Assembly (NCBI RefSeq): GCF_009914755.1
Contig: NC_060928.1
Source: the human T2T-CHM13v2.0 reference genome, Homo sapiens
DNA length: 64,000 nucleotides
Strand: one strand, 5' to 3'
The first letter of the stretch is position 1. Every line of letters begins with the position of its first letter. The notes beneath the pieces are model-generated. The model made no database searches and was not told the origin of the DNA. It was given only the letters and a program-made list of their open reading frames with translations. A program made the translations under genes and the position numbers. This document shows, one piece after another, positions 1-16,423 of the stretch.

Positions 1-1293
1 TAGCATAATTCTTAGGACCCTGTGATTTTCGGAATGACCAATGAGCACTGGCTTCCACTTGAGGTCACCAGCAGCATTAGCCCCTAACAAGAGAGTCAGC
101 CTGTCCTTTGATGTTTTGAAGCCAGGTACTGACTTCCCCTATCCAGCTAGAAAAGTCTTAGATGGCATCTTCCAATAGAGTGCTGTTTCATCTACATTGA
201 AAATCTTTTAGGGTAGCCACCTTCATCAGTGATCTTAGCTAGACATTCTAGATAACATGCTGCAGCAGCTTCTCCATCAGCACTTGCTACTTTACCTTGT
301 ACTTACATGTTATCGAGACAGCTTATTTCCTTAAACCTCAGGAACCAAACTGCTAGCTTCCAACTTTTCTTCTGAAGCTTCCTCCCCTCTTACCCTTCAT
401 AGAATTGAAGTAAGTTCGGGCCTTGCTCTGGATTAGGCTTTTGTTTAAGGGAATGTTATGGTTGATTTGATCTTCTATCCAGACACTAAAACTTTCTCCA
501 TATCAGCAATAAGGCTGTTTTGCTTATAATTCATGTGTTCACCAGAGTAGCACTTTTAATTTCCTTCAAGAACTTTTCAGCTGGGTGTAGTGGCTCATGC
601 TTATAATCCCAGCACTTGAGGAAGCCGAGGTGGGAGGACTGCTTGAGGTCAGGAGTTCAAGAACAGCCTGATCAACATAGCGAGACCCTGTCTCTACTTT
701 TTAAACATACGAAAAAGTGAAAAAAAGAAAGGAACTTTTCCTCTGTACTCACAACTTGGATGTTTGGCACAAAAGGCCTAGCTTTTGCCCTGTCTCTGCT
801 TTCAACATGCCTTCTTCACTAATCATTTCTAGCTTTTGATTTAAAATGAGAGACATGCAACTCTTCTTTTCACTTGAACACTTAGAAGCCACTGTAGGGT
901 TATTAATTGGCAAAATTTCAATGTTGTGTCTCAGGGAATAAAAAGGCCTGAGAAAAGAGAGATGGGAACAGCTGGTTGGTGGAGTGGTCAGAATACATAC
1001 AACATTTATTAAGTTTGCCATCTTTTATTCTTCTATGGGTGTGGTTCATGGCATCCCCAAACAATTATGATAGTAACATAAAAGAGATCGCTGATCATAG
1101 ATAACCATAATAGGTATAATAATAATGAAAAAGATTGAAATATTGCCAGAATTACCAAAATGGGACACAGAGACACACAGTGAGCTGCTGGAAAATGGCA
1201 CCAAGAGACTTGCTCAACACAGGATTGCTCCAACCCTTCAATTTGTTTAAAAAAAAAATCAGAAGCAAAGTGCAATAAACCATGGTGTGCCTA
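1..1293 (-). mobile_element. Tigger1 DNA transposon (5' half; runs off the window), interrupted by FLAM
   Basis: Matches Tigger1; ORF 749-1021 gives the transposase N-terminus ASKCSSEKKS...LNQKLEMI; TIR-like end ggtgtgccta/ta. Confidence 0.92.
579..730 (+). mobile_element. FLAM/Alu monomer inside Tigger1
   Basis: Alu left arm plus A-tail; TSD gaacttttc. Confidence 0.9.
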
Positions 1294-1754
1294 TATAGTA
1301 AAAGTGATAACCTGATGCTTTATAATCTGAGTTCTTCTAGCCTCTTGAAATCAGAAGAAATTCAGAAAAACTCAGTGAATTCTTTATGAATTCAACTGAA
1401 TTACCAGTTGCACACTGGTAGTGGAATAGTGAAGAGGTATGTAAAAAGTAAATTAACTGGCTTCAAGATATGTGTTGTATTCCCAAATCTGTTGAGTTTC
1501 CCAAATTTATAAGCCATTATGTAGTTGTAAGCGCAGTAAGTCTGAGTATTGTACTGAAGAGTTTCTATTAGAATCATTAAGACAGACATCAGGCATTTTA
1601 AGACACTTTGTCAAACTCTCTGTCTCTTTCTGCTTTGAGATGACACTATGACAATTTAGAATGAAAATGATTGCTGAAGATAATCCAGATGACACTAGAC
1701 TATTACTGATGAAGCTCTAGGGGAGTTTATATTAGATTAGCAAATCTATAATCT

Positions 1755-2480
1755 TTTTTAAAAAACTACTTCCTTTAGAGTAAAATAAAATACAGATACA
1801 GAAAACTATACAAAAACTTTATACCTTAGCATATTAAGAGAATACATTCTTGTGACCACCACACAGCAATTTGCCAGCGAGCCCAGAAGCTCCTCCAAGT
1901 GCTGATTCAGTCATAGCCCCTTCCCTTCCTCTAAGTAACTCACTTCTTTTAAATTATTCTTAATTACATCCTGTATTTATCACTTTATCAGCTAAGTAAG
2001 CCTCCCTAGATAACTATTATTTAATCTTGACCATTTTTAAGAAGAGTTGCTACTTCTATTCAGTCTCTTTTAATCTACAGGTTTATTTTCCATTCTTTTC
2101 TTTTTCTTAAAATTTATGTTTGATCTGACTTTTCGTAGTGTAGATTTGACTGATTATTTACACATAATGCAATTCAGCATATTCATCTGGTCTCTTTATT
2201 TGTGGCAAATTGGAAGCTGGATCCAGAGGCTTTATTGAACTTGGTTTGTTCCTTTGTCTAATAATGTGTTACTTCATTATGTGTCATCTAGCATCTGGTT
2301 TCCTTCTTATGATTTTAGCAGCTGTTGATATTCATTGCCTCCATCCATTAATACACTGAAGGTGGCAAAATGGTGGTATTCTAATACTCTCATTTCTTTT
2401 TAATTTATTAAAAGAAATGATTTCATGAAGAAATGCTTCCCTTATTTGCTATTTAATTCCTCAGTGCTATAGACCACTTA
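1755..2480 (-). mobile_element. Old L1 (L1ME/MC-type) 3' fragment
   Basis: Diverged resemblance to L1M 3' UTR sequence. Confidence 0.5.
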
Positions 2481-2714
2481 GAAAAGTTGGTAATGCTGTA
2501 TTACATGGCTGTATTACTCTAGCATGAGCTAGTTGAGCTATTAGATAATATTTGACAGTAAAAACTTTGTAAATTTTTATTGATAATTTTAAAATTATAA
2601 TTTTCTAAATTTTAGATTGGAGAAATAAAAATTTGCCAAACATGTCAAGAGTACACATTTTCCCAAATAATATACAACAGTGGTTATTAAACTTGATTTT
2701 GGTGCCTATCAGTG

Positions 2715-3075
2715 GTACCACCATACCTCTAATGTCCATCAGAGATAAACCACATAAATGATAATTTTACCACTGGTACTTTTAAACAACAGAGAACCAC
2801 ACAGCAATGAGAATGAGAATGACAAACTGCAGCTAACAATATAGACAAATTTTACAGACATAATGCTAAGCAAAAACAACACAAAACAGACAGAGTATAA
2901 ATTGTATTATTCCACTTTAAAGAGTTCAAAAAAGGAAAAACTAATCTATGGTGTTAAAAGTCACTATGGTGGTTATGTTTGTGTTTGGAGGGGTGGGGTG
3001 CTAGACTGCTTTCTAGAAGGAGTCACTAGAGGAGGTTCTGGAATAGAATGTTCTATTTTTTTATTTGAGTGTTGT
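2715..3075 (+). mobile_element. L1ME-type 3' end
   Basis: aatgtccatc...acagcaatgagaatga...aaaactaatctatggtgttaaaagtca. Confidence 0.7.
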
Positions 3076-3198
3076 TACTTTTCTCAGAGTATGCTGTATT
3101 CCAGTAAAAGGTCAAAAAGTGAACAATTATGGTTTCCAGATTTGAGGGGGGAAAACACAACTTTCCTGCTGGCAGAATTCCTTGGGAGATGCTTTTAC

Positions 3199-3329
3199 TT
3201 TTTTTCCATTTTTTGCAGAGATGGGGGTCCCACTATGTTGCCCAGGCTTGAACTCCTGAGTTCAAGTGATCCTCCTGCCTCAGCCTCCCAAAATACTGGG
3301 ATTACAGGTGAAAGCCACCGTACCTGGCC
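3199..3329 (-). mobile_element. FLAM/AluJ monomer
   Basis: Reverse-complement Alu left arm. Confidence 0.9.
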
Positions 3330-4069
3330 AGGAAGCTGCTTATTTTAAAATGTACATTGGGATTCGGCAGTAGGGCCCAGTTTCTGCATTTTTAATATTT
3401 TCTACCCCCACAAGCAGCCACCCACGACTTTGATGTGCATGGTCCAGGGAGCATTCCTTTGAGAACAAGACTTTTTGCATTTTTCTGAAACTTTGACTAA
3501 TAGGACAATCAATGTTTATTAAATTTAATAAATAAAATGGTTCGAATATATTATGCCTTGACATTAAACAGAAATATAGCTAGAGACACTAAACCAAACA
3601 TCCAAAACTTAGAATAGTTCTATTACTTAAAACTCTCTTCATCTCTTATCATATTTATTTAAAACCATCATATTCTTAGATCTTTTCATTTCTGTCACTA
3701 AACAAGAAGTACCCTGCACCACAGCCCACTTGTTTTAAGCGCCTGGTGAGTTACCGCATGTGTTAACAGTGAATGGAGAACGAAACCTGCTCAATTTCTT
3801 AATAGTCTGCTAGAGACACTAGAGTTTTGTAACTAGCAACATGTTAAGGAATTCAAATTTAATTCATAAGTTACAAATCACTACTTATCAAAGGTACATA
3901 GGGTCAAAACCTCAAATACTAAATCTAATGCTGCTAAGGATCTAGAGTCAGCTAGTTATTAGGCAAATAAAGTGACACTGTGAACATCAAATGATATGTA
4001 CTCTAGGCAAATTAAGACTTCTTTCTTGAAATTTAAAATAAAGCTAACGTTCACTTGCTTTGCAGATCA

Positions 4070-4250
4070 CTGGCTCTGCAGGTCACTGGTTGAGACATCA
4101 ACTGACTATGCATATGAAACACTTAGGAGTCTTGTTAAAATGCAGATTCTGAGTTGGTAAATCTGAAATAGGACCCGAGATTCTGCATTTCTAACAAGCT
4201 CCCAGATGATGCCATTACTGCCAGTCAATGACTAAATTTTGAAGAGCAAT
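4070..4250 (+). mobile_element. MER5A (hAT-Charlie MITE)
   Basis: cttgttaaaatgcagattct...gagattctgcatttctaacaagctcccagatgatgc. Confidence 0.8.
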
Positions 4251-4679
4251 GCTCCACTCTTGTCTACCTGATTTGTTTTCACTGCTGCCAAAATAAACAT
4301 CCTAAGGCATAGATATGACAGTGTCAGCTTCCTCCTTATATATTCCACCCTTTGGTGATTTCACAAGTTCATCTTCCTTACTGTGACACACAAAGACTCT
4401 CAAAAGTTGCATGTGGCCTCTCTTGAGCCTCATCTCTGAGTCCATCTTCCTCATTTGCAGCAATTCCATACCCCACAATTCTATTTTAAGCCCAGCAAAA
4501 CCAAACATCTCACATATCCTAACTCTTAATTATTCCCGTTTGTAAGGTTTTGTTTTGTTTTCATACTCCACCCCAGGTCCCCTCTGATAGTACTTCAATA
4601 CCCACCTTAAATATTGTATTTTTAGTAAAAATCTTCCAACATCTCCCTGGAAGGAGTTAAGTATAACTCCTAAACTCCT

Positions 4680-5837
<1,158 letters not shown>

Positions 5838-6199
5838 TGAAAACGGGTAGGTCGTTTGCCCACTCGGATAACAGACAAGTGTAGTGGGCCCTCAGCCAGG
5901 ACTACAGGGACAAGAGAAGTCTAGCCTCTGTGAACTTTCAAAACCAGGGCTCTCATTCCATAACAGGGCCTCACAGCAATGAGAAACTGTGGGAGTGAAA
6001 TAAAAACCGCACAGAATAGAGACGAAGGAAAGAGAAGGGCCACAAGAAACTTGGGAAAACAGAGTCAAGAAATCTCAGAAAACTATTTTAACACTGTACA
6101 CAATACAACGGGGAGCTCTGTAAAATTAGAAAAAACATTTACATTAATAGATGGACAATTTCACAGGAGCAGTCAACTGGAGCTCTTTGAGAAAAACAA

Positions 6200-6485
6200 A
6201 TAGGATGGTGACGGAGTTTAAAGTCATGCCACATGAGGAATCATTTAATGAAATTGGTGTGGTTATGCTTGGAAAATAAGCTAGATAAAATTAGGATTAA
6301 ATTTATTTGTGTAGCAAACAGAGAGGCCATACCAAGTAGAAATTTCAAGGAGACGATTTCAACTTCAGTAAAGGAAGAATTCTGTAAAAATATAATTGAT
6401 CAAGAAATGCAACATGTTACTCAGGGAGTGGAAGCTGCTGATGACTAAAGGTATTTAAGCAGAGGTTAGATTCTCACTGATCAGA
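6200..6485 (+). mobile_element. L3/CR1 LINE 3' fragment
   Basis: ggatggtga...catgccacatgaggaa...gatttcaacttcagtaaaggaagaa...tttaagcagaggttagat. Confidence 0.7.
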
Positions 6486-6811
6486 ACCACTAGCATTTAT
6501 TGATCAATGGCCGTGCATTGAGTGCTAATATATGCATTTGACCTGTATTAACTTAGTTAATACTTACAACACCCTTTGAAGTGCATTATCCATATGCCAT
6601 CCTCATGAACTCATTAAGATAACCTGGGAGTGTTAAGACCAGGCTTCCAATTAACCTCTGCAATTCATTAGCTTCTGTGACATTAGTCTGGGAACTTAAA
6701 TGTCTAGAATCAGTTTCTAAACCTGTAAAATAAGGGGATTAGATAAAATTACCTCTAAACCCTTCCAGATGAAGAGTCTTTGTATGCTTCATAATTCTGA
6801 AACCTAGAAGA

Positions 6812-7140
6812 GCAGTTTCCACACCTTTTGGTCTTAGAACCTCCTTTACACTCTTAAAAATTATGAAGGACTCCCAAAAGTGTTTTGTTATGTGAGTTCT
6901 ATCTGTTGAGACTTACTGTATTAGAAATCAAAACTAACAAACTTTTAAAACATAAGTATAATTGCATTAACTATCAGAGGAACATCATCCCAAGTTGTAT
7001 AATCAAATACACTTGGAAAAGAATGACAACAAAAAAGCCATTAACTTCTTAACATGTATTGTGAAAACAGGTCTGACCTTTCAGACCTCCTGCAAAAGGT
7101 TCAGCAACCAGTGGTCCCCAGACCAAATTTTAAGGACCAT
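6812..7140 (+). mobile_element. Charlie1-family hAT MITE
   Basis: cttttggtcttagaacctcctttacactcttaaaaattat...ggtccccagaccaaattttaaggacca. Confidence 0.75.
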
Positions 7141-7372
7141 CGACCCTATTCCTGACCTTTGAGAGGTTAGAGAATGATTTTCTTGCCACCTAAAAAGAGT
7201 TGAAGCTACACCCTTTCCCATGGAACCTTGGGTATGTTTTTGGTTTGGAAGATAATTATTCTAATCTTGTAGGAAGTACCCAAAATGAGTCAAGATTTGA
7301 ATTAGGTAACCCTAATGACTGCTGGTCTCGTTTCTACTGACACCATACTAAACTCATGACAAAGCAGCCTAC

Positions 7373-7490
7373 TGGTGTGGTTATGCTTGGAAAATAAGGT
7401 AACATTAGGATTAAATTTCACTTGTGAGGCAAACAGAGAGGCCATACCAAGCAGAAATTTCAAGGAGAAGATTTCAACTTCAGTAAAGGA
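7373..7490 (+). repeat. Direct duplicate of 6255-6375
   Basis: Identical blocks of 26, 15, 23, 16 and 21 bp in the same order. Confidence 0.95.
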
Positions 7491-8078
7491 TTTTATAAAT
7501 ATAAAATTCAACCGGGAGCTTTTTCCTAGTCTAATTTTATACTTACAAAATTTTTTATTTCTAATAAATATTCTTTATTCTTATCTAAAACCATTAGCTC
7601 ACCTGGAGCCAAGAATGGTTTATCTTTGACCACAATACTGTGTATTTCCACTGTCCTGGGACTGGAATTCAGAAAGAGAGATTCAAGGGACTACTTTTAT
7701 CAGATGGATTGTGCCTGCGAGGCAGCGTAGCACAGGTTCTGAACCTCATTTCTTCATCTGTTATATAGCATCTATATCATAGGTTTGCTGTAACAATGAA
7801 ATCACAATTCATAGGTAAAACATTTAACAAGGCTTAGTACAAAATAAGATTCAATAAGAGTTAATAACAGTTATTCTGGAGTTGTGTTGAGAATTGGTAA
7901 GGAAGCAAGATGAAATATATTCAAACAAAGCTGAATATATTCTTTGGGTCAGAGTCCACGGGATTTGATTTTGTTGTTTTGCCTAAAATCTTACCAATTC
8001 AGATCGTCAAAATATTTATAATCAAATGTAAGTATAGATTGTACTTAACAGATTCACACATAGCTTTCAGAACACTTT

Positions 8079-8361
<283 letters not shown>

Positions 8362-8759
8362 GAGAACACTTTAGAAAGCAAGAACAATCAAACTGTGTAC
8401 GTGAGTTTTTGGGCGTGGGGAAGAAGTGAGGTGCTGGTACAAATTACCAAGACCCTTTAGTCCTGAAGCAGTCTAGACAAAACACTTTAATCAAATCTCA
8501 TTTGATTTCTTTTACTTTGTTAGGGGGAAGTTGGGTGGTGGGGGGCGGCGGGGGAGGAGAGGGGAGAAGGCTCATGACCCTGATGATTGAAGGAAAAGCA
8601 ATGTGTAGGAGGTCTGAGAAAGAGAGAGTTGTAGTTATCTCAACAAGGGTCTTTTTATATAAAAAGAGATAGTCATAATGGCATCACGTCACTGTCACCT
8701 GTACCTTGTTTTCTCTTGATACAGCAAGATACTAAGTATGCTGGAAGCCATGCTGGAAG

Positions 8760-9000
8760 ACAGCTTGGCTTAGTGGAAGGAGCAGAAATTTTGGCTCAGA
8801 CATATCTGAGTTTCAAACTTGGTAGTGAATCTTACTAACTATAAATCTTTGGGCAAGCAACCTTAATCCAAGCCTGTTTCCTATTTTGTAAACCAGGAAT
8901 AATGATTTCAGAGTTCGGGATTAAATGAATATGCAGTCACTAATATATTGTTGGTATGTAGTAGGCATTCTGTAAATGTTTGCTGATTAAATGAATGCAG
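8760..9000 (+). mobile_element. MIR/L2 remnant
   Basis: MIR core-like tttgggcaagcaaccttaa...cctgtttcctattttgtaaa. Confidence 0.6.
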
Positions 9001-10385
9001 TGGAATCATCTTTACTAATGTGAATACATAACTGGCTTCATACCTACAAGATTTTCTGCTAATATTTTAGTTCTGTATCTTGAGTAGCTAAATTGGTGTT
9101 GTAGAAAAAAGAAGGCATATTTTATGGCTTTGTTGTTGTTGTTGTTGTTGTTATTGAATGAGTACTCTAATTTTGCCTGTGCAAGAGGAATAACTTCAGA
9201 ATGACAAGGAAATCCAGAAAACCAGAATGAAGGAAACCTTTTCAGAAACTTGAAGATCTAAGAAATATCCCTTCAACAAATCTGAAATCAGTGCTTTTGA
9301 AGAACAGTGACCATGGTTACTATCTTCCTAGTTCTCTGAACGGCTGAGTTTAGTGGTAAAATCCTGAAGCAGTCCTCATTGTAATAAGAAATTCAAGTTG
9401 TGGCCAACCAACAATGCTTTCTCTTAGTTTTAGGTTAAATGTACAACACAGCATTATTTGTATTGAAAGTGAGGGTGTTTTGAAGTTTGAGAATGTCAGC
9501 TACTGCCTTGTTAGGTGTGTCCAGAAATACTGTTCTATAACCTGAAAAACTTTTTAAATTTCTTGTGTGAAAAATTACAGATTACATAAGATATTGTTTA
9601 CTGATTTATCCACTATGATAGTATAGCTTTATTTGTACATACAGAAGGTCTTTATAAGAAAATCATGATATTTCTTACCATTAAAAAAAAAAAAGTTCTG
9701 TCTGTACTAAAAAAAGAAAGAAAAAAGAACAGTTTTAAGTGGGTTATAATGTTACTTGGTGTTAGAATTAATGTTGTAGATATCTGTAGTTTTTTGGATT
9801 TTGTCAGTGGTGGTGGTGGTGGTAGGTTTGGCTTTTTCAGTCACAGTATTGACAGATAAGAACATTAGAGGGAAGAAACCAGGGTAGAATGAAGTTCATT
9901 TTGACTGGTTTCTATTTTAGTTATGTAACTTTCAGAAATTTTCTTATCTATATATCTTGCAAAGGTCTAACTAAGATGGATATTCTTCTGACAATCTTTA
10001 AAATTAATATGTTTACAGCAACTACATTATATTTATTTTTGGATTCAGGGTATATACCTTTGGTCAGTATTGTATCCCCAGTGCCTGACATATATTTCTC
10101 TTTTCCAATTCAAATACACATTTTTGAAACCACACTGTGTGCAGTACAATCAAACAGTACCTCCTTCAATATATCCACCCAGTCTTCCTGCCAAGAATTT
10201 GAAAAGGAAAATGGAACGAGTGTTTCTGAGAGTCTATCTGTCAATAGCGATTGCCAGGCATATTCATCTAACTGTGGTAATTGTTTGCCTTAGAGAGCAA
10301 GAAAAGAAATCTAGACAGGAGTTTCTGAAATGGGAAGGAGACGAAATAAAAGCAGTGTGGATATACCTGAGTTTTAACTGCATTC

Positions 10386-10812
10386 TGTCAAAAGACAAAA
10401 TTACAACAGTTTAGTTACAGATCTAACTGGCATTTATTTGCATTTCATGAATCAGGGCAGCCCCCATTCTGCAAGGTAGAATGAGAGGTCCTACTGAGCA
10501 ACAGCACAACAGTGGGTTTTGTAAGGTGGGAACAAGGAAACAGAACAGGAAAAAAAAGCTGATTTGTTAATATCAGGTTACTTCAGTTTACTTTTTCTAA
10601 GGGTTTAAAGCACAGGGGATTCAGCTAGACTGGAATCTCCTGTTCTCAGGGAAAAAAATGGTCTGCTTTGGGATCTGTCTGCTTCCTGGAAGTTTCTATT
10701 TGATTATGTGGCAGTTAACATGAATGACTACATTTTAGTTTGATCTGGTCCACTGGGGCCTAGGGCAGGAGCACAGTCCAAAACAATGGTGTCCCATAAT
10801 TTTTACTGAACA
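10386..10812 (-). mobile_element. MER31-type ERV1 solo LTR
   Basis: Reverse strand begins tgttcagtaaaaattatgggacaccattgttttggactgtgctcctg and ends ...ttttgaca. Confidence 0.75.
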
Positions 10813-11569
10813 ATACTTACCAAATGAAACCTCCCAGGAACCCAGAGAAGAGAGTATCAAGCAGTAGTAAATGAAATTAAAATGCCTAATTTAAAAAGTA
10901 ATAACAAGAGGACATTTTTTTCTCCTTGTGGTTCATATTTAATAATTGCCATGCCAAAATTATGATTACTAAGATGGGAATCCTACCTTAAAAAACAGAC
11001 TCACTAGTTTTATACAGTGGTGGGCTTATTCTAAAGCTCAAAACCCTCTTCTAAAATGATTGTGAGGCAGAGTGGAGTCCACAGCTAAAAGGATTTGAAT
11101 CAGTACTTGCTACTCTTCAGAGTCTCATTGTGATTGTGTAGAGGCTCCCTGTAAAGATGCTGAGTTATTTCTGAAATTTGGCAGATTCTGGTTTTCTCTG
11201 GTTCTGTAGTCATTGGCTGTTTAGGGTAGTGGTCTCAAATGTGCTTCCTTCTAGTATAGCTACTTATTTGGTCCTATCATATTCTTCGGTCACAATTCTC
11301 TCTACCTCCTAGAGAATGTTTCACCGTGAACTATGTGCTGACTTGGAATACCAAGAGTTGTGAACTCTAGGAAAACTGTCACCTTGCCTGTTGAAATGGA
11401 AAAAAATCAGTATTCTAGGCCTCTGTCCTAGCTTTCTAACGTGAGCATACCTGATATTAGAACAGGGAAGTCCCAACCAAGAAGAGCAAAGAAAAGAAGA
11501 CAAGAGCATTCTTCAACATGGAACAGACTCACAGTAGGAGAGTTACAGACAGAGATGTTTTTAATTTGC

Positions 11570-12680
<1,111 letters not shown>

Positions 12681-13097
12681 TTTTTTCCACCACTTTTTCA
12701 CTCAATTAAAATTTGCATTAAAAATGAACAAATAAATAAATCAATGACTCCTGTGATTGTTTGCCCTTTCTCAGACAGATTTTAGCTTCCATATGCAAAC
12801 ACTGAAGTCATGGTGACTGTTGCGCTCTACCTAAAAAGAAGGAATCTATGTGCTCTCAGTCACAGGATTTTTTCCAGTAGTCTTCAGTCTTGAACTTCAG
12901 CAAACAGAAATATCCATAACAATTTAAAATGGACACTTACATTTTCATGTTTAAAAATCTATATTCACTATGCTTTCTAGTTCACAATCTGAAAAAAAAA
13001 TGATTGACTATTTTCTAGGAAATGGAAAAATTATTCCACGCATCTTACATGTATTTGTTGGTTAATGCTTTTAGAAACTATAGGAAGTAACAGAATA

Positions 13098-13343
13098 CAG
13101 TTGTCCCTCAAACAACATGAGTTTGAACAGCACAGGTGCACTTATACGTGGATTTTTTTTCAATAAATACAGTCAGCTCTCCATATCCACATATCAAAAG
13201 TATTCTCCACATTAATGGGATATAGAAACCCAAGTATACAGAGGACCAACTTTGCATATATGTTGGTTCTGCAGGACTAGTATACCTAGATTTTGGTGTG
13301 AGGGTCCTGGAACCAATCCCCTGCAGATACTGAGGGATGCCTA
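13098..13343 (+). mobile_element. Tigger2-related MITE
   Basis: ta-cagttgtccctcaaacaacatgagtttgaac...cagatactgagggatgccta-ta. Confidence 0.75.
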
Positions 13344-14228
13344 TATATGGACAGTAAGTGTCGTACGGACAGCTGAGTTTCACTTCCTGAATGTGGAAAA
13401 GAACCTATTATTTATTGTCTGTGTATATACATGAGTATATCCTTGCATTTTAAAGCTCAGTACTATAATGCAAACTTGCTATGTGGTACCAATTAACATC
13501 AAAAAGAAGTAATAAAGTAGAAGTAGTTTTTGCTTTCTTCATGAAATTGGAAAGTGAGACGTGCAATAGCAAGCATGTTCACTTTTCTAGCCTTCTACTT
13601 CTTATAATGTATATAAAAAAGATAATATGTTCATCAAATCTGTCCTCTATGCCTTAGTTTACCCCCTGTCCTAATAATACTGCATTGCCTTCTTAGTCTC
13701 TATGTCCCCAACTTTCTCCTGAATGTTCCACCACTATTTACTGACTTTTTTATAAAGAGAAAAGAGAGGTTCTTGTATCAAGACCTATGCCATTCAATTT
13801 CCATAGTTCCTTGACAAGGATATACAGAAGGGAGAGGGAAGGTGACTTCCTTACCAGCAGGGTAAGACAAAAATCGTTAAAGAGAAGAAAATATCATTTG
13901 CAAAGATACAGACATATGAGAGCATACAACATATTGAAATACAAATAGATCAATATTGTTGAGAAATATACAATTTCAGACAAACTGATGTGTATAGATA
14001 GAGGTTTGTATAATGTGCTTCAGAGTTTAGATTTTATCCTACAGAACAGTGGTTTTCAGAAGTTCTGTAGTCACTCAGGGGTTCCTAATTCTCTGTTCCC
14101 CCAACCTCCTTTCCCCCCGCTCCCCCCCCCCCACACACAAGCTCTTCCTTTACATGTTTAATATTCTGCCTTCATTTGAGCAATGGGTTCAGCATGCAAA
14201 AGGTTTGGAAACTACTAACGAGAGGCCT

Positions 14229-14267
14229 GGGGAGGGGAGGGGAGGGGAGGGGAGGGGAGGGGAGGGG
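14229..14267 (+). repeat. (GGGGA)n repeat, G-quadruplex-capable
   Basis: About 8 GGGGA units. Confidence 0.95.
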
Positions 14268-16423
14268 TTTCCAACATGATGCACCATCCCCTACCAAACA
14301 CGTAAGTATGCATTTCTTATAAAAAGGACATACTTCTTCATAATCACAATATAAATGTTAAAGTAAGGAAAATGGCACTGACATATCAGACTGTCTATTC
14401 CTCAGAACCCATTTGAGTTTTGTATCTGAAATACTTCCTTGATCCTTTCTTTATTTTCATTCCTTTAACAACTTTGAAAGATTATAAGCCATTCATTTTG
14501 TATAACGGCCCTTAATTTTGGTTTGTCTAATTTTGGATTCACATTATGCATCGCAGGCAGGAATATGACGGAAGTGATACTATGTTTCTCTCATTGCTTT
14601 GTATTATCAGGTAGGCATATTTCCAGTTCATCCCATTATTGATCTTCACTTTCAACCTTTCTCAATCTTTCTACACTGGAGGCACACTTAAAATAATTTT
14701 CAGATCTCAGGAACCCCTGCATTAAAATGGTTGTATCTACAACTCACACTACATTAGCTTGATTAGCAAGTTGTAGATATAATAATTCAATGATACTTGT
14801 CAGTGCTCTTCTGAGTAGACGATTTTTTTTCTGCGGGTTTGTTTTACAGGCATACCTCATTTTACTGGACTGCAGTTTACTGCACTTCACAAATAGTATA
14901 TTTTTTTAAAAATTGGAAGTTTGTGGCAATCCTATGTTGAGCAAGTCTATCAGCACAATTTTTTCAAAAGCATGTGGTAACTTCATGTCTCTGTATCACA
15001 TTTTGGTAATTCTTGCAGTATTTCAAACTTTTTCATTATTATTGTATCTATTATGATGATCAATGATCAGTGATCTTTCATGTTACTACTGTAATTGTTT
15101 TGGGGTGCCACAAACCGCACCCATGGAAGACGGCAAAAATGTTGTGTATTCTGACTACTACACCAACCAGCCATTCCCCCATCTTTGTCCCTCTCCTTAG
15201 GCCTCCCTATCCCCTAAGACAAAACAATATTAAAATTAGGCCAATTAATAATCCTAAAATGGCCTCTAAGCATTCAGGCAAAAAGGAAGAGTCTCACTTT
15301 AAATCAAAAGCTAGAAATGCAAAAGAAAAGTTCTTGAAGGAAATTAAAAGTGCTACTCCAGTGAACACATAAATGATAAGAAAGTGAAATAGCCTTATTG
15401 TTGATATGGAAAAAGTTTTGAGTGATCTGAATAAAAGGTCAAATCAACCATAACATTTCCTTAGACCAAAGCTTTATCCAGAGCAAGGCCCTAACTCACT
15501 TCAATTCTATGAAGGCTGAGAGAGGTGAGAAAGCTTCAGAAGAAAAGCTGGAAGCTAGCAGAGGTTGGTTCACGGGCTTAAAAAAAGAAGCTGTCTTGAT
15601 AACATATAAGTACAAGGTAAAGCAGCAAATGCTGATGCAGAAGCTGCAGCAAGTTACCTAAAAGGTCTAGCTAACTAAGATCACTGACGAAGGTGGCTAC
15701 ACTAAACAACAGATTTTCACTGTAGATGAAACAGCCCCCTGCTGGAAGATGCCATCCATGACTCTTCTAGCTGGACAGGTGAAGTCAATACCTGCCTTCC
15801 AAACTAAAGGACAGGCTGACTCTCTTGTTAGGGGCTGATGCTGCTGTTGACTTTAGGTAGAACAGTGCTCATTTACCATTCCAAAAACTGTAGAGCTCTT
15901 AAGAATTAGGCTAAATATACTCTCCCTGTGCTCTACAAATGGAATAACAGAGCCTAGATGGCAGCACATCCATTTATTGCAAGACTTTACTAGACATTTT
16001 AAGCCCACTGTTGAGACCTACTGCTCAGAATGAAAGATTCCTTTCAAATATTACTCATTGCTCAATGACAACGAACCTGGTCACCCAAGAGCTCTGATGG
16101 AGATGTACATGGAGATTCATGTTGTTTTCATGCCTAATAATACAATACCCATTCTGCAGCCCATTAATCAAGGGTCATTTCTACTTTCCAGTCTTGTTTT
16201 AGAAATACATTAGCTGTTTTATATATATACATAGTGAATCCTCTGATGGATCTGGGCAAAGTAAATTGAAAACCTTTTGAGAAGGATAACTGCACTCCAG
16301 ATACCATTAAGAATATCTGTGTTTCACAGAAGGAGGTCAAAATATCAACATCAACAGGAGTTTGGAAGAAGTTGATTCCAACCCTCGTGGATGACTTTGA
16401 GGGGTTCAAGACTTCAGTGGAGG

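Noticed and set aside
2863-3348. 161-aa ORF
   Set aside because: Runs through an L1 3' end and a FLAM; no domain signal.
9889-10414. Overlapping 134/114-aa ORFs in unique sequence
   Set aside because: Composition typical of AT-rich non-coding DNA, no recognisable family, and the second ends in an LTR.
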